DNA of 63,745 nt, filler included, from Lenisia limosa (Eukaryota; Protista; Breviatea), in assembly GCA_001655205.1 (NCBI GenBank). It is 6 parts of 6 records of this genome, joined end to end, with 100 filler letters (N's around TTAATTAATTAA, not from the genome) between each part and the next. Parts side by side here need not be neighbours in the genome. Positions count along the whole stretch, not along the records: positions 61,493 to 63,745 come from LPNZ01000339.1; 5 more parts are not named here. The stretch is one strand, 5' to 3'. The notes under the pieces are model-generated. The model did not search any database and was not told where the DNA came from. It saw only the letters and a list, made by a program, of their open reading frames with translations. Both the position numbers and the translations under genes were made by a program. This document shows positions 61,654 through 63,745 of this stretch, one piece after another. How positions within the stretch are numbered: position 1 is the first letter of the stretch; each line of letters begins with the position of its first letter.

Positions 61654-62541
61654 CAGTGCGTGAGATAAGTAATGGCACTAAGTTTTTTATTTATAACTTT
61701 TCACAATTTTATTCATTTTGAGTGAAAAAAACGGCATTTTGCACAAAAATAGTTTTACATTTTACGATGTGATAATAGACAGTTATTATATTTAACCTCT
61801 GACCAAAATAAATAAAAAGTATATTTGAAAATAATGGAAAATAGGCAGAACAAATGCCAAAGAATATAATATTTGGTGTGATAATGGCCTGGCAACGACG
61901 TGGTATGGAGTCGATTAGGTCTTTAATTGCAGATGGGGGTATCTTGACACATTCAAATTTTTCCGTCATATCAGCTTCGGAGGTCGGTTTAACACCAGAT
62001 TCGCGCACTTTTGTGTCATGCATGCTCAATGTTCAAATCTGGACATTGTGCAGGCCAATCCATCAGTTCATATTGGGCATTGTCAAAATATATCGTTTGC
62101 ACATCTAAACAGTAAGAATACAGAATTAAAAAGCGGATGAAAAGTGGCAATGGGTTGAAACATTGATTTTTTAATGGCAGGTGCTAAACTGCTCATTTCA
62201 ACCTACATGAAACCCTATCTTTTTGATATAATACTTCCCAAATAGTTCATAAAATGTTCAAGATACAGTTTCAAAACACTTTCAGGACTTACAATATACA
62301 AATGCTCAGGAATATCAGGAAGTGTTTAATATCTTCAAACGTGCAGTTAAAAATTGTGGAAAAACATCAAATTTGGCCCTTTTCTTTTTTTTCTTTTTTT
62401 TAAATATAAACTTGCCTTATATGGAAAAATGAACTGAAGTGTGAAAAATCTAAAAGGTAAAACTCATTTTTCACTCACAATGAATGAAATTTCGAAAAGT
62501 TACAAAGAAAAACTTAGTGCCATTACTTATCTCACGCACTA
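61654..62541 (-). mobile_element. Internally deleted Tc1/mariner element, about 890 bp, with roughly 80-bp TIRs
   Basis: AGTGCGTGAGATAAGTAATGGCACTAAGTTTTT at 61655 is the reverse complement of AAAAACTTAGTGCCATTACTTATCTCACGCACT ending 62540. Looser inverted similarity extends to about 80 bp. Contains a transposase relic. Confidence 0.88.
61878..62090 (-). pseudogene. Degenerate C-terminal fragment of a Tc1 DD34E transposase
   Basis: MDWPAQCPDLN-IEHA* corresponds to WPxQSPDLNPIEHxW with one codon lost and W changed to TGA. After a frameshift, IPPSAIKDLIDSIPRRCQAII is the typical Tc1 C-terminus. Confidence 0.88.
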
Positions 62542-62759
62542 GTATAATATTAGTATATAATATCAATGTTATATGATGATTTTCCCTTTTTTTGATACTT
62601 TTCATTCTTTCTGATGTAACTATTATAAATAAACCTCAATAAATAAAAACAATTCAAAAATTTGCCCTTTTTTATATCAAATCGGATATTTTTTTCAAAA
62701 ACCTAGCCTTACCACACACAACAAAAAGGCACCATACAACATATCCGATATAGCATAGA

Positions 62760-63290
62760 GGTCATTGATATCCTAAATAGGTCCTCCATGATTTACTGGT
62801 GATCTGCTTTGGGGGATATTTTGTTTAGCTTTCCCAGGGCCACCTATCAAAAATAAGACTTCGAGCTTCCCCAATGTTAATAATTATTTAATAAAGCATA
62901 AAGTCGCTCACCTCGTAATGGAATAGTGCGATAATGTGTCACAATGCACTTTCCTCATATGGTGCCTTGACACTCGCAACAAATACCTAGATAAGTGGTT
63001 AAAAATGAAACAACACCAGAGCACAAACAACCTTGAACGTATGTTCATTTCGAACTAGACATAAACCGAGCCTTCATTTAATCATTAGCTTCATGTTGGC
63101 AGTCTTTTTCTATCAAAAGAAAACTAAGATTACTTTGAATCTTTGACAAGTTGATAGTGTTCATTTCGAACTAGACATCCAACAAGAGACGAGTCTGCCA
63201 TGATTCTTGACCAAGAAGGGGATGATGGGAAAACGGTAGGGGAGGACTTTAAGGTGGGGCCGCTTTCAATGATTTCTATCATCTTAGATC
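62760..63290 (-). CDS. Possible multi-exon gene fragment, unknown product
   Basis: Short open segments (MIEIIESGPTLKSSPTVFPSSPSWSRIMADSSLVGCL; YLLRVSRHHMRKVHCDTLSHYSITR) with GT donors; weak support. Confidence 0.22.
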
Positions 63291-63745
63291 GAACGTGGAA
63301 GCACTCCAGTCGCAGAATTATCCCAGTTTAGTGGGCTCTTGAGGAAGGGGAGAGTTACAGGGAAGAGGCTACACTCTTCAATCACCTTCTCTCTTAATAT
63401 TTACTTAATTAATAATATAAAAATTGATTTTGGGGGGAAAGGGGCAAAAAGGGGACCTTTATCTCAGATCATTTGCTGACTCATTTTTCAAAAAGTTGTT
63501 TTCTCTACTTTTTTCTTGCTTAAACGATTCCCCATAAATCAATAAAGTGTTTCTGAGACTTTTCTAATGTAAATAGTGTTCTCTTGGAACATACTGAATT
63601 AATGACTTTAATTCGAATTATTGACTTAATTTCGGACCTTGAGCATATTATATATAATACAGTATATCATATCTATATATACATATATATATGCTGGAGC
63701 GCCAAAACTCCGAATTTTATAATATAACTCCGAATTTTATTTTTC

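Noticed and set aside
61878-62090. In-frame TGA in a conserved motif as recoding or an alternative genetic code
   Set aside because: It sits in a frameshifted, deleted transposase relic, and the host exons I translated needed no stop reassignment.
63042-63178. 21-bp direct repeat TGTTCATTTCGAACTAGACAT as LTR ends
   Set aside because: Too short and lacks TG..CA, PBS or PPT; more likely a duplicated exon end and donor.
1-63745. tRNA, rRNA or snRNA genes
   Set aside because: No cloverleaf, rRNA or spliceosomal snRNA signature was recognised by eye; tRNAscan-SE and Infernal would be needed to exclude them.

Overview
AT-rich, very intron-dense draft sequence from a eukaryote with an intraflagellar-transport gene, probably a flagellated microbial eukaryote. 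An amoebozoan such as Pelomyxa is my unverified guess. The window is not one locus: five identical artificial 100-nt spacers (44 N + TTAATTAATTAA + 44 N) join six segments (1-19885, 19986-35389, 35490-44243, 44344-50080, 50181-61392, 61493-63745), and the other N-runs are assembly gaps. About 15 multi-exon genes or fragments were reconstructed by eye, so exon limits are approximate. They include a PSI-repeat multipass membrane protein, BROX, IFT54/TRAF3IP1, an LZIC exon, a LEKR1-like protein, several other coiled-coil proteins, an RGG/mixed-charge low-complexity protein, an RNI-like LRR protein, a zf-MYND protein and a Cys-rich secreted/membrane protein. The most striking signal is in the introns. 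At least five short dispersed repeat families occur there: a ~100-bp hAT-like MITE with about 15 copies, two end types and chimeric copies; a Tc1-like MITE whose TIR matches a Tc1 transposase relic in the window; a host element providing an empty-site control for nested insertion; a TIR-less repeat built around a cUUCGg hairpin; and a 458-bp TIR element. There is also a strand-asymmetric intron pattern, with G-runs just after 5' splice sites and C-runs just before 3' AG. No rRNA, tRNA or CRISPR array was recognised.
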